From assembly GCA_965243025.1 (NCBI GenBank), contig CBDETY010000003.1:896001-960000 (forward strand): 64,000 nucleotides of DNA, written 5' to 3'. The DNA is from Candidatus Latescibacterota bacterium. Lineage in GTDB: Bacteria; Latescibacterota; UBA2968; UBA8231. This document shows, in pieces, positions 10,976 through 21,222 of the stretch (its first letter is position 1; each line of letters starts with the position of its first letter). The notes below the pieces were generated by a model. The model saw only the letters and a program-made list of their open reading frames with translations. It was not told where the DNA came from and ran no database searches. The position numbers were made by a program, and so were the translations under genes.

Positions 10976-11214
10976 CGACCGCTGCGCATAGCCGGCCGAA
11001 CCGAGTCTGTGGATGGAGTGCGGCGGAATCTTCTCAAATGGTCAGCAAGGTAAGATGACCTGCTGCCCCGGGGCTCCAGTCAGCATCACCGGTCGATCCG
11101 GGTAGGAGATCCAGCTTGCCTTGCCAACTTGTCGACCAAACGGAATGATTTCCTGCTCACCTCATCGAGATCAGAGAAGGAGGCCCCGGTTCCCTCCTCG
11201 ATCAAGACCGGTGG

Positions 11215-11504
11215 CCTTCTCCGATCCATGGTGCCGCGTCACCCTGGCCGGCCGGGCCCTGAATCTGACCGCCTCCGAATACGACCTGCTCTTCGAGCTG
11301 TCCGTCAACGCAGGACGGGTGGTCACCTACAACCAGCTGCTGAGAAGGGTATGGGGCCCGGCCCACTCCGCGGATCTGGGGGTGGTACGCGCCTTGGTAA
11401 GAAGACTCCGAAGAAAGCTCAACGACGACGGCGCCCACCCCGCCTACCTGTTTGTAGAGCGACGCGTCGGCTACTTCATGCCCGAAGGACAGCATCCGGA
11501 GTAA
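11215..11504 (+). pseudogene. Isolated OmpR/KdpE-type winged-helix DNA-binding domain (receiver domain missing)
   Basis: LTASEYDLLFELSVNAGRVVTYNQLLRRVWG...VRRLRRKL...VGY, with no plausible upstream start. Confidence 0.8.
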
Positions 11505-11819
11505 CCGCCCCTGTTGGGGGGATCTCGTCCCTTCACCCCCCACTCCTTTCGACTGCGTTTCACATCCTCTTTCCCGGTAGGGTCTGACTCCCTGGGGAAA
11601 GAGATCACCCGTCGGGCCGGTAGGCTTGGCCCCGACGAGTCCCCTTTCACAAAAAGTTATGTGTTTATCATACAAATTGGGGAAAGTATCATCCTGAAGT
11701 CATTTTAATTTGAGTACTTTTGAACCCTTCCTGAGGGCTAAATGAAGTGTCCACGAAATCGGGTTACTCCAGCACAAACCATGCGCCGGAGACCCTCCTC
11801 GGCCGGTTCTAATGAAAAG

Positions 11820-11882
11820 GGACGGCCATTGTCCGCCTTGGATTTTTTTTGACCTGGTGAATACAACAGACACCCCCTGTCC
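11820..11882. promoter_or_regulatory. Two GAC-N7-GTC palindromic boxes, candidate WYL-regulator operators
   Basis: GGAC-GGCCATT-GTCC at 11820-11834 and GAC-ACCCCCT-GTC at 11869-11881, directly upstream of the WYL gene and downstream of an AT-rich stretch (about 11650-11725). Confidence 0.55.
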
Positions 11883-11918
11883 CCTTTGGAACTCATCCTT
11901 ATCGGGGGAGGGGAAACC

Positions 11919-12902
11919 ATGCTCATGTCAGATGCGATCCACAAAGCGGATCGGCTCGAACAGATCAAGGTACTGTTCCCCCGGAAGCCCGAAGGGGTGG
12001 GAACCGGGGAAATCGCCAGGCTGTTGGGGGTGAGCCAACGGACGGCCCGGCGCTATGTGAAGGAGCTGTCGGAGCGGGGACGGCTCCCGGTATACCGGGA
12101 GGGCCGCGTCTGGAGGCTGGTGGAAGGCGGGCACATCGACCTTCGCATCCAGCTGAACCTCGACGAGGCCCTCTCGCTCTACCTGGCGGCGCGGATGCTG
12201 TCGGCCTGCAGCGACAAGCACAATCCCCATGTGGTCGCGTCCCTGCTCAAGCTCGCCGCAACCCTGCCCGACGCCATCGGGGAGCACGTCGAGCAGGCGG
12301 CGGTGGCTGTTTCCCAGAGGCGGCTTGCCCCGGACTACCTGAAAGTTCTGGAAGGCCTTACCCGGGCATGGGCGGGCAGGAGGCAGGTACAGCTGGTCTA
12401 TCGCGATCCCATCACCGGGGAGCGCTCCGAGCGCCTGTTCGATCCCTTCTTCATCGAGCCCTCCTTCGTGGGCTATTCCTGTTACGTGTTCGGGTTCGAT
12501 CACTTCCGCCAGGCCATCCGCTCATTCAAGGTCGAACGGCTGGAAGATGTAGAGGTGCTCGATACCCGCTTCGAGCCTCTGCCTGATTTCGACCCCTGCG
12601 ACTACCTCAAGCACTCCTGGGGAATCAGGGGCGGCGACGAGGTAGTGGAAGTGAAGCTGCGCTTTTCCAGAAACGCGGTCTATCGGGTGAATGAATCGGA
12701 CTGGCCCGGGGTCGTGGCCCACGAGGAAGACGGGGATGGACGCTGTACGCTGACGTTCCTGGTCAATCACGTCCTGGAAATCAAGTCCTGGATCAGGGCA
12801 TGGGGACCGGAGTGCGAGCTGCTGTCCCCGGAGGAATTGCGCCGGGAGATCGGGGAGGAGATGAAGGCGGCGAGGGAACTGTATGCAGACAACGAGGAAT
12901 GA
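11919..12902 (+). CDS. HTH-WYL-WCX transcriptional regulator (PafBC/DriD-like architecture)
   Basis: N-terminal HTH (EIARLLGVSQRTARRYV), WYL core (ERLFDPFFIE...YVFG...IRSFKVERL), C-terminal WIRAWG...LSPEELR; GGAGG RBS before ATG 11919. Confidence 0.92.
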   Translation: MLMSDAIHKADRLEQIKVLFPRKPEGVGTGEIARLLGVSQRTARRYVKELSERGRLPVYREGRVWRLVEGGHIDLRIQLNLDEALSLYLAARMLSACSDKHNPHVVASLLKLAATLPDAIGEHVEQAAVAVSQRRLAPDYLKVLEGLTRAWAGRRQVQLVYRDPITGERSERLFDPFFIEPSFVGYSCYVFGFDHFRQAIRSFKVERLEDVEVLDTRFEPLPDFDPCDYLKHSWGIRGGDEVVEVKLRFSRNAVYRVNESDWPGVVAHEEDGDGRCTLTFLVNHVLEIKSWIRAWGPECELLSPEELRREIGEEMKAARELYADNEE

Positions 12903-13081
12903 TCGAAATCGGCGTCGGTGGGCGTGCCCGCCACCCTGGAAACAAGCGGCGATGCGCCATGGATCCGTGACTGTCGAATAACCCGCTCCTGCCTTTCGAA
13001 ACCGCAAGGCAGGACTGAAAACTCTTCTGCCATTTACGCAGCAGATATCCCGAAAGGGCACATGCACGGGGAACTGACCTC

Positions 13082-16000
13082 ATGAAGGTTGCGATCGGCT
13101 GTCTCGTATGGTTGTTGTCGAGCCTGCAGGCGGAAGCCGAGTCCTTGGTCGAGGGCCGGGTGAGGCTGGTTTCGGGAGACCCCGCCGCCGGGGCTCAGGT
13201 GCTGCTGTTCGATCTGGCCGACCTGCGCCTGGCGCCGGCGGCGGCGACGACGGACGAGGCGGGGTACTTCGCCCTGCCATTCGGGGGATTGCGGGGAGGG
13301 GTGCCGGTCCTGCCGGAGCGGTTCGAGCTGGGCCACAACTACCCCAATCCGTTCAATCCCTCCACCGTCATCCCCTACCAGCTGCCGGCCCCGACCCGGG
13401 TGCGGCTGGAGATCTTCAACATCCTCGGACAGCGGGTGACGACCCTGGTCGACGGGGAACGTCCGTCCGGTTTTCACACCGCCCGCTGGAACGCCACCGA
13501 TGCGTCGGGGCGGGCGGTGGCCGCCGGAGTCTACTTCTACCGGCTGAAAGGGGACGGGGTGCACCTGACCCGGCGCATGGTGTTGATCGACGGGCAGGCC
13601 GGGATTCCTTCGGCCCGGGGAAGCGGTCCATCCACCGCAGCCGGGGAGGCGGTGGAAACGCCCCCGGTGGCCGGGTTGACGGTCTCGGGAGAGGGGCTTG
13701 TCCCCTACCTCGACCCCGCCTTCCGGGTAGAGCCTGGAATGGCGCCCGTGGAGGTTGTCGTCGAAGCCCTGGGCGGGCTCCGGCATGGGAAGGTGGCCTC
13801 CAGCGGAATCCTGGGGGACGTCGACAACAACAGCCGGGTCGACATTTTCGACGCCCTGCTGGTTGCCGTGTACAGCGCCAATCCCAGCCTCGTCATGCCG
13901 AACAACGGGGATATAACCCTCGGCGACGTCAACCGGGACGGCCGCACGGATCTCACCGACGCCTACCACATCGCCACCTACACAGTCGATTCCTCCGATC
14001 CGGGGTTGCCTGCGGGAATCGGAGCGGCCGCTGCACAGCAGCCGCAACAGCCCCCGCCGACAGGGGCGGCAGCTTCCAAGCTGTACTGGAGCGACTGGGG
14101 CACCGACAAGATTCAGCGAGCCGACCTCGACGGCTCCAATGTCGAAGACCTGGTAACAGGCGCCGGACTGAATGGTCCCGACGGTCTGGCCCTGGACGAG
14201 GCGGGAGGCAAGATCTACTGGACCGACGCGGGCACGAACAAGATCCAGCGGGCCAACCTCGACGGCTCCGGGGTCGAAGACCTCGTCACGGGCCTGGGAA
14301 TTCCATACGGACTGTCGCTCGATGTGACCAGCGACAAGATGTACTGGACGAATCGGCAGACGGGCAAGATCCAGCGGGCCAACCTCGACGGCTCCGGGGT
14401 CGAAGACCTGGTCACCAGTGGTTTGACTTTCCCCGGCGCGCTGGCCCTCGACGTAGGCGGCGGAAAGATGTACTGGACGAATTCAGGCGCTCGGAAGATT
14501 CAGCGGGCCAACCTGAACGGCACCCATGTCGAGGATCTGATCACCAGCGGGCTGAGCAGTCCCACCGGGCTGGCCCTGGACGCAGCCGGGGGCAAGATGT
14601 ACTGGACCGACCGGGGCACGGACAAGGTTCAGCGGGCCAACCTGAGCGGCACCCATGTCGAGGACCTCGTCACCAGCGGCTTGAGCAGTCCCAATGGCCT
14701 GGCACTCGACGTGGCCGGGGGCAAGATGTACTGGGCGGACGAGCGTACGAGCAAGGTCCAGCGGGCCAACCTCGACGGCTCCGGCGTGGAAGATCTCCTC
14801 ACCAGCGCCGACGGACTGATCGATCCTTCGGGGGTAGCCCTGGGGGTCGACAGCCAGTCCGGTTCCGGCCCGTCCCAAGGAACAGGTGGAGGGGGCGGCG
14901 GCAATGCCCCCGACCTGGTCGTCGAGGCCCCTACGGTGAGCACCAGCAGCCCGGCCGCCGGCGCTTCCTTCACCCTGAGGGCCAGAGTCCGCAACCAGGG
15001 AAACGATCGGTCCAGCTCGACCACCCTGCGCTACTACCGCTCCACCGACGCGACGGTCTCCACCAGCGACACCGAGGTCGGCACCGACCCGGTCGGCAGC
15101 CTGTCCGCCTCCCGCACCAGTTCCGAATCGATCAGCCTGCGGGCTCCCTCCAGCACCGGCACCTACTACTACGGCGCCTGCGTCCAGAGCGTCACCGGAG
15201 AAACCAATACCGGAAACAACTGCTCCGCGACCGTGAGCGTTACCATAGGCGGCGCAACACAGACCCGGACGGCGTTTGAATCATCCAACCCATCCGGTTA
15301 CACCCGAATAACTCTGGACGATGGGGGTCGGGTTTGGGGAGTTCCTACAAAATTCACCACTGATTCCAACACCGGTACCGTGGCATATATGGTGCTTGGA
15401 AGCCTGAAGGGATGCGCCTTTGCAAATGCAGAAGCCGACGGACAGAGAATAGCCTACGTCAAGACCCAGTCATTGGGACGCCTGTCGAATTATGGGTCCG
15501 ACACGGTTTGCCGTAAGGCCAGTAGTCAGTGGTCGTCTTCCTGGAATGGGCTTCGAATAACACATATCCGGTTTTTCGACGAAAGCAGTCCCACCAATGT
15601 CAGTGAGGCTGTCTACAATGCTTCAACCGGTCAAATTGAGCTTGGTGGAGGCGGTGGTAATAATGGCGGTGGTGGCACCGCCCCGTCCCCCGACTTGGTC
15701 GTCGATGCCCCTGCGGTCAGCAACTCCAGCCCGACCGCAGGCGCTTCATTCACCCTGAGGGCCACGGTACGCAACCAGGGGACCGGCCGGTCGGGCTCGA
15801 CCACCCTGCGCTACTACCGCTCGACCGACGCGGCGATTTCCACCAGCGACACCGAAGTCGGCACCGACCCGGTCAGCACCCTGTCCGCCTCTCGCACCAG
15901 CTCCGAGTCGATCTTCCTTTCCGCCCCATCGAATGCCGACACCTACTACTACGGAGCCTGCGTCGAGAGCGTCAGCGATGAGAGCGATACCGGAAACAAC

Positions 16001-17581
16001 TGCTCCTCGGCCGTTACCGTTACCGTTGGCGCGGCACCTGCCCCCGACCTGATTGTCGAGGCCCCAACGGTCAGCAACAGCAGCCCGACCGCAGGAGCCT
16101 CCTTCACCCTGAGGGCCACGGTCCGCAACCAGGGGAACGGGAGGTCGAGCTCGACCACCCTGCGCTACTACCGCTCCACCGACGCGACAGTCTCCACCAG
16201 CGACACCGAAGTCGGCACCGACCCGGTGACCACCCTGTCCGCTTCCCGAACCAGTGCCGAGTCGATCAGCCTCCCCGCTCCCTCCAGCGCCGGCACCTAC
16301 TACTACGGAGCTTGCGTCGAGAGCGTCCGCGACGAAACCGATACCGGAAACAACTGCTCCTCAGCGGTTACCGTAACCGTGGGTTCCGCCCCGGCCCCGG
16401 ACCTGGTCGTCGATGCCCCTGCGGTCAGCAACAGCAGCCCCACCGCCGGGACTTCCTTCAGGTTGAGCGCCACCGTTCGCAACCAGGGAACCGGCCAGTC
16501 CGCGTCGACAACCGTGCGTTTCTACCGCTCGAGCGACGGGACGATCTCTGCCAGCGACACGGAAGTGGGATCAGCCCACACAGTGGGCGGCCTTGCGGCC
16601 TCCCGAACAAGCACCCATTCAACCGACCTGACCGCCCCCTCGAGCGCCGGCACCTACTACTATGGCGCCTGTGTCGGGAGCGTCAGCGGCGAAACCAATT
16701 CCGGAAACAACTGCTCCTCAGCGGTGACCGTAACCGTTTCAGCGACCGTCACTCAGCCGGACCCTCAACCCGCCGGGATATCAAAGCTGTACTGGTCGGA
16801 CTGGGGCACGGACAAGATCCAGCGCGCCGACCTCGACGGCTCCAATGTCGAAGACCTGGTTTCCGGCGCCGGACTCAACGGCCCTGACGGGCTGTCTCTG
16901 GATCCGGCCGGCGGCAAGATCTACTGGGCGGATGCCGGCACCAACAAGATCCAGCGGGCAAACCTCGACGGTTCCGGGGTCGAAGACCTCGTCACCGGCC
17001 TGGGGATTCCATACGGCCTGGCGCTGGAGGTTGCCGGCGGCAAGATGTACTGGACCAACCGGCAGACGGGCAAGATCCAGCGGGCAAACCTCGACGGCTC
17101 CGGGGCCGAAGACCTGGTCACCAGCGGCTTGACTTTCCCCGGAGCCCTGGCTCTCGACGTGGCCGGCGGCAAGATGTACTGGACCAACCCGGGGGCGACG
17201 AAAATCCAGCGGGCCGACCTGAGCGGCTCCAACGTCGAAGACCTCGTCACCAGCGGGTTGAGCAGTCCCACCGGGCTGGCACTCGACGTAGCCGGCGGCA
17301 AGGTGTACTGGACCGACCGGGGATCGGACAAGATCCAGCGGGCGGACCTGAGCGGCTCCAATGTCGAAGATTTGGTCACCAGCGGCTTGACCAGTCCCAA
17401 CGGCCTGGCACTCGACGTGTCCGGCGGCAAGATGTACTGGACCGACGCGGAGACCAACAAGGTGCAGCGTGCGAACCTCGACGGCTCCGGGGTCGAAGAC
17501 CTTCTCACCAGCTCCGACGGACTGGTCGACCCATCCGGCATTGTCCTGGGAGCTGAGATCGCTGGTAGCAGCGGCACCTGA
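13082..17581 (+). CDS. Large secreted protein: FlgD-Ig-like domain near the N-terminus, dockerin-like module, two YWTD (LDL-receptor class B-like) propellers, four CARDB-like repeats
   Basis: Signal peptide; HNYPNPFNPSTVIPYQL; GDVDNNSRVDIFDAL/GDVNRDG; many KMYWTD...KIQRANLDGS repeats. Confidence 0.92.
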   Translation: MKVAIGCLVWLLSSLQAEAESLVEGRVRLVSGDPAAGAQVLLFDLADLRLAPAAATTDEAGYFALPFGGLRGGVPVLPERFELGHNYPNPFNPSTVIPYQLPAPTRVRLEIFNILGQRVTTLVDGERPSGFHTARWNATDASGRAVAAGVYFYRLKGDGVHLTRRMVLIDGQAGIPSARGSGPSTAAGEAVETPPVAGLTVSGEGLVPYLDPAFRVEPGMAPVEVVVEALGGLRHGKVASSGILGDVDNNSRVDIFDALLVAVYSANPSLVMPNNGDITLGDVNRDGRTDLTDAYHIATYTVDSSDPGLPAGIGAAAAQQPQQPPPTGAAASKLYWSDWGTDKIQRADLDGSNVEDLVTGAGLNGPDGLALDEAGGKIYWTDAGTNKIQRANLDGSGVEDLVTGLGIPYGLSLDVTSDKMYWTNRQTGKIQRANLDGSGVEDLVTSGLTFPGALALDVGGGKMYWTNSGARKIQRANLNGTHVEDLITSGLSSPTGLALDAAGGKMYWTDRGTDKVQRANLSGTHVEDLVTSGLSSPNGLALDVAGGKMYWADERTSKVQRANLDGSGVEDLLTSADGLIDPSGVALGVDSQSGSGPSQGTGGGGGGNAPDLVVEAPTVSTSSPAAGASFTLRARVRNQGNDRSSSTTLRYYRSTDATVSTSDTEVGTDPVGSLSASRTSSESISLRAPSSTGTYYYGACVQSVTGETNTGNNCSATVSVTIGGATQTRTAFESSNPSGYTRITLDDGGRVWGVPTKFTTDSNTGTVAYMVLGSLKGCAFANAEADGQRIAYVKTQSLGRLSNYGSDTVCRKASSQWSSSWNGLRITHIRFFDESSPTNVSEAVYNASTGQIELGGGGGNNGGGGTAPSPDLVVDAPAVSNSSPTAGASFTLRATVRNQGTGRSGSTTLRYYRSTDAAISTSDTEVGTDPVSTLSASRTSSESIFLSAPSNADTYYYGACVESVSDESDTGNNCSSAVTVTVGAAPAPDLIVEAPTVSNSSPTAGASFTLRATVRNQGNGRSSSTTLRYYRSTDATVSTSDTEVGTDPVTTLSASRTSAESISLPAPSSAGTYYYGACVESVRDETDTGNNCSSAVTVTVGSAPAPDLVVDAPAVSNSSPTAGTSFRLSATVRNQGTGQSASTTVRFYRSSDGTISASDTEVGSAHTVGGLAASRTSTHSTDLTAPSSAGTYYYGACVGSVSGETNSGNNCSSAVTVTVSATVTQPDPQPAGISKLYWSDWGTDKIQRADLDGSNVEDLVSGAGLNGPDGLSLDPAGGKIYWADAGTNKIQRANLDGSGVEDLVTGLGIPYGLALEVAGGKMYWTNRQTGKIQRANLDGSGAEDLVTSGLTFPGALALDVAGGKMYWTNPGATKIQRADLSGSNVEDLVTSGLSSPTGLALDVAGGKVYWTDRGSDKIQRADLSGSNVEDLVTSGLTSPNGLALDVSGGKMYWTDAETNKVQRANLDGSGVEDLLTSSDGLVDPSGIVLGAEIAGSSGT

Positions 17582-17796
17582 TGGAGTGGGTGATGCGCTC
17601 CAGAATGTCCCCACCGGTTCCTTTGTTCCAGTGCGTCGTTCCGGCGGTGTCACGTCTTCCAGCTCCGGCGGAAACACGACCATCGTCCAACAATGGCGGC
17701 CGGATCGAATTGCAGGATGGAACCACGTATACCTGTATCGCCACCGGGGGATGCAGAGTCGAGAACGGGCGCGTCACCCTAGGGGAATTTGAGTAG
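17575..17796 (+). pseudogene. Frameshifted extracellular-domain remnant, possibly a former C-terminal domain of the upstream gene
   Basis: GVGDALQNVPTGSFVP...GGNTTI in one frame continues as NNGGRIELQDGTTYTCIATGGCRVENG in another. Confidence 0.45.
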
Positions 17797-17809
17797 GACT
17801 TCCTGACTC

Positions 17810-20800
17810 ATGAAGACACAACCCCGTGAAAAATGCCTTGCGCTGATCCTGGTCTTTTCCGTTTTGGCCACCCCGAATACCGGCTACGGTCAAGTACCTA
17901 CGCTGGTTGCATCCACGTCGTCGCCGCTGACCGAGACGATACTGGATGGCGGGCAGGTGGCGCTGCTGCTGTCCAACGGTTCGTACGCTCGGAGTACCTC
18001 CGACATCCGGAACGCGGTGAGGGTGTCCGGAATCCCAGGCGTGACGGTCGACCGCATAGTTCGGTTGGGGAACACGGCGGTGACCCTTGTCCTGGATTTC
18101 AGCGGCCATATGGGCAGCGACGGCACTCTGACCTTCACGGTAGGGGCGCAGGCCCTGGCGAACTACAACGGCCCCGCCCTCACCGCAGAACTGCCCGTCA
18201 CCGCGGCATCAGCAGTATCCCTGACCGCATCCACCCCGTACGGGCTGTGGGAATCCACGCTGAACGGCAGCGTGGTGACGCTGACCCTGAGGGGCCGCTT
18301 CTACGAGCGGACCGACCTCAGGAATTTCGTGGCGGTGTCGGGCATCACCGGCGTAACGGTCGACAATGAATTTGGAATAAAGCGCGCCAGCGACACCGAG
18401 CTGACGGTCGAGCTCACCTACCTCGACGATTTCGTCGCCCCAATGGCCACCGACGGCACCCTGACCTTCACGGTGCATGCACAGGCTATCGCGGACTACA
18501 ACGGCCCCGCCCTCACCGTAGAAGTACCGGTCACCGCCGGCATCGGCCCCTTCAGCCACGACCCCGCCAGGGACCTCACCTTGGACGCTGAAAACAAAGC
18601 CCCCGGGGCTATCTGGTCGGACGGGAAGACCCTGTGGGTGGCGGACTTCTTTGAAGACAAGCTGTTCGCCTATGACCTGTCCACCAGGGCCCGCGACCCC
18701 GCCCGGGACTTCACCTTGGACGCTGAAAACAGAGCCCCCGGGGGAATCTGGTCCGACGGTATCACCATGTGGGTGGTGGAGGCCGCTGACCGGCAGAAAA
18801 AGATTTTCGCCTACGACATGACCACCAGGGCCCGCGACCCCTCAGAAGACTTCAATACCCTGGACGATGACAACGAGGTCCCCAGGGGCCTCTGGTCGGA
18901 CGGCGCCACCATGTGGGTGGCCGACGGCTGGGGTATTGCCAAGCTGTACGCCTATGACCTGACCACCAAGGCCCGAGTCCCCGCCAAGGACATCGAAACC
19001 AGTTACGATCACGACCATTGGTGGGTCACGGGAATCTGGTCGGACGGCATCACCATGTGGATAACGTACCATGACCCGTACGATGACACCCCAGAGGTGG
19101 CGCTGTACGCCTATGACATGACCACCAAGTGGACCATCAAGGCGCGCGACCCCGCCAAGGATTTCAATTCCCTGAGGGCCGCAGGAAACGACGCCCCGAG
19201 TTTCATCGGGTCGGACGGAACCACTCTGTGGGTGGTGGACTACCTGGATGCCAAGCTGTACGCCTACCTGCTGCCGTCCTCGCCGCCCAAGCCGGCCAAC
19301 CCCGACTTGACTGTCCGGCCCGCTGCGGTCAGCAACAGCAGCCCTCCCGCCGGGGCTTCCTTCACCCTCAGCACCACCGTCCTCAACAAGGGCACGGCCC
19401 AGTCGCCGGGGACCACGCTGCGGTTCTACCGCTCGACCGACGAGACCATCTCCCTATCCGATACGGAAGTGGGATCCCAACCCGTGAGCGGCCTTGCGGT
19501 TGCGGCAAGCAGCGACCATTTCATCGACCTGACCGCACCGTCAGGTTTCGGCGGCTTCTACTACGGGGCCTGCGTCGAGAGCGTCGGCGAAGAACACGTT
19601 ACCCTCAACAACTGCTCCCGTGCGGTAGCCGTAGTCTTTGGCCGCGACCCCGCCCGGGACTTCAACACCCTGAAAGCCGCCGGAAACAACGTCCCCTCTG
19701 GCCTCTGGTCGGACGGCACCACCATGTGGGTGGCGGACTGGGATGACACGATTTACGCCTACAACCTGTCCACCAAGGCCCGGGACCCAGGCAAGGACTT
19801 CAATGCCCTGGTCGGGAGATGGTCCTCTGGCCTCTGGTCGGACGGCATCACCATGTGGGTCGCGGACTCCTACTATGAGTATGTGTACGCCTACCACATG
19901 GTCACCAAGACCCGGGACTTCAAAAGGAACTTCGCCACCGAGACCTTCAACTCCGATTCCGGGGGCCTCTGGTCGGACGGGACGACCCTGTGGGTGGCGG
20001 ACGGGGAAGGGGATTCCCACGACGGCGAGATTTACGCCTACAACCTGTCCACCAGGACTCCAGACCGCTCAAAAAAATTTGAAACCTTGGAAGCCGCTGG
20101 AAACAACCTCCCCTCTGGCCTCTGGTCGGATGGCACCACCATGTGGGTGGCGGACTACGATGACGGCAAGATTTACGCCTACGACATGACTACCAAGGCC
20201 CGCGACCCGGGCAAGGACTTCAATGCCCTGGAAGCCGCGGGAAACGACCGCCCCTCAGGCCTCTGGTCGGACGGCACCACCATGTGGGTCGCCGACATCG
20301 GTGACGGCAAGATTTACGCCTACGACATGGATGTCGCCACCTTCGGGAACGAACCGCAGGACACTCCCGCACCGAATCTCGTCGTCGATGCCCCTACGGT
20401 CACCAACAGCAGCCCGGCCGCCGGAGCCTCCTTCACCCTGAGGGCGACCGTCCGCAACCAAGGTGCCGCCCGGTCCGGCTCGACCACCCTGCGCTACTAC
20501 CGCTCCACCGACGGGACGATCTCTACCCGCGATACGGAGGTCGGCACCGACCCGGTAAGCAGCCTGTCCGCTTCCCGCACCAGCGCCGAGTCGATCAGCC
20601 TCACCGCCCCGTCAAGCGCCGGCACCTACTACTACGGCGCCTGCGTCGCGAGCGTCAGCGGCGAAACCGATACCGGGAACAACTGCTCCCCGGCCGTGGC
20701 CGTGACCGTAGCCGCCATCGCTACCGGGACGGGCGATTTCAACGGCGACGGCACGGTGGATTTCGCCGACTTCTTCGAGTTCGTCGACGCCTTCGGCGGC

Positions 20801-21211
20801 ACCGACGCCCGTTTCGACCTCAACGGCGACGGCACGGTGGATTTCTCCGACTTCTTCGAGTTCGTCGACGCCTTCGGCCAGTCCGGACAGGCCAAGCTGC
20901 TGGCCATGGCCCGGGACATGATCGGGCTGCCCAGTGAAACCGAATTGCAGCAGAACGCACCCAATCCGTTCAACAACGAGACCGTCATTTCCTGGTTCCT
21001 CCTGGAGCCGGGGCCAGCGCGACTGGAGGTGTTCGCGCTGAACGGGCAACGGGTGGCGGTCCTGCGCCAGGGGCCGCAGCAGGCCGGCTTCCACCGCATC
21101 CACTGGGACGGCCGCGACGACATGGGCCGTTCCCTGGCCAGCGGCGTATACCTCTACCGGCTGGTGAGCGCCGAGACGGTACTGACCCGCAAGCTCACCC
21201 TGCTGAGGTAA
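17810..21211 (+). CDS. Secreted protein with two Ig-like units, WSDG-TMWV propeller repeats, CARDB, dockerin-like module and FlgD-Ig/T9SS-like C-terminal domain
   Basis: Signal peptide; repeated GLWSDGTTMWVAD...YAY; DFNGDGTVDFADFF; NPFN...TRKLTLLR. Confidence 0.92.
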   Translation: MKTQPREKCLALILVFSVLATPNTGYGQVPTLVASTSSPLTETILDGGQVALLLSNGSYARSTSDIRNAVRVSGIPGVTVDRIVRLGNTAVTLVLDFSGHMGSDGTLTFTVGAQALANYNGPALTAELPVTAASAVSLTASTPYGLWESTLNGSVVTLTLRGRFYERTDLRNFVAVSGITGVTVDNEFGIKRASDTELTVELTYLDDFVAPMATDGTLTFTVHAQAIADYNGPALTVEVPVTAGIGPFSHDPARDLTLDAENKAPGAIWSDGKTLWVADFFEDKLFAYDLSTRARDPARDFTLDAENRAPGGIWSDGITMWVVEAADRQKKIFAYDMTTRARDPSEDFNTLDDDNEVPRGLWSDGATMWVADGWGIAKLYAYDLTTKARVPAKDIETSYDHDHWWVTGIWSDGITMWITYHDPYDDTPEVALYAYDMTTKWTIKARDPAKDFNSLRAAGNDAPSFIGSDGTTLWVVDYLDAKLYAYLLPSSPPKPANPDLTVRPAAVSNSSPPAGASFTLSTTVLNKGTAQSPGTTLRFYRSTDETISLSDTEVGSQPVSGLAVAASSDHFIDLTAPSGFGGFYYGACVESVGEEHVTLNNCSRAVAVVFGRDPARDFNTLKAAGNNVPSGLWSDGTTMWVADWDDTIYAYNLSTKARDPGKDFNALVGRWSSGLWSDGITMWVADSYYEYVYAYHMVTKTRDFKRNFATETFNSDSGGLWSDGTTLWVADGEGDSHDGEIYAYNLSTRTPDRSKKFETLEAAGNNLPSGLWSDGTTMWVADYDDGKIYAYDMTTKARDPGKDFNALEAAGNDRPSGLWSDGTTMWVADIGDGKIYAYDMDVATFGNEPQDTPAPNLVVDAPTVTNSSPAAGASFTLRATVRNQGAARSGSTTLRYYRSTDGTISTRDTEVGTDPVSSLSASRTSAESISLTAPSSAGTYYYGACVASVSGETDTGNNCSPAVAVTVAAIATGTGDFNGDGTVDFADFFEFVDAFGGTDARFDLNGDGTVDFSDFFEFVDAFGQSGQAKLLAMARDMIGLPSETELQQNAPNPFNNETVISWFLLEPGPARLEVFALNGQRVAVLRQGPQQAGFHRIHWDGRDDMGRSLASGVYLYRLVSAETVLTRKLTLLR

Positions 21212-21222
21212 AGCATTCCTGA

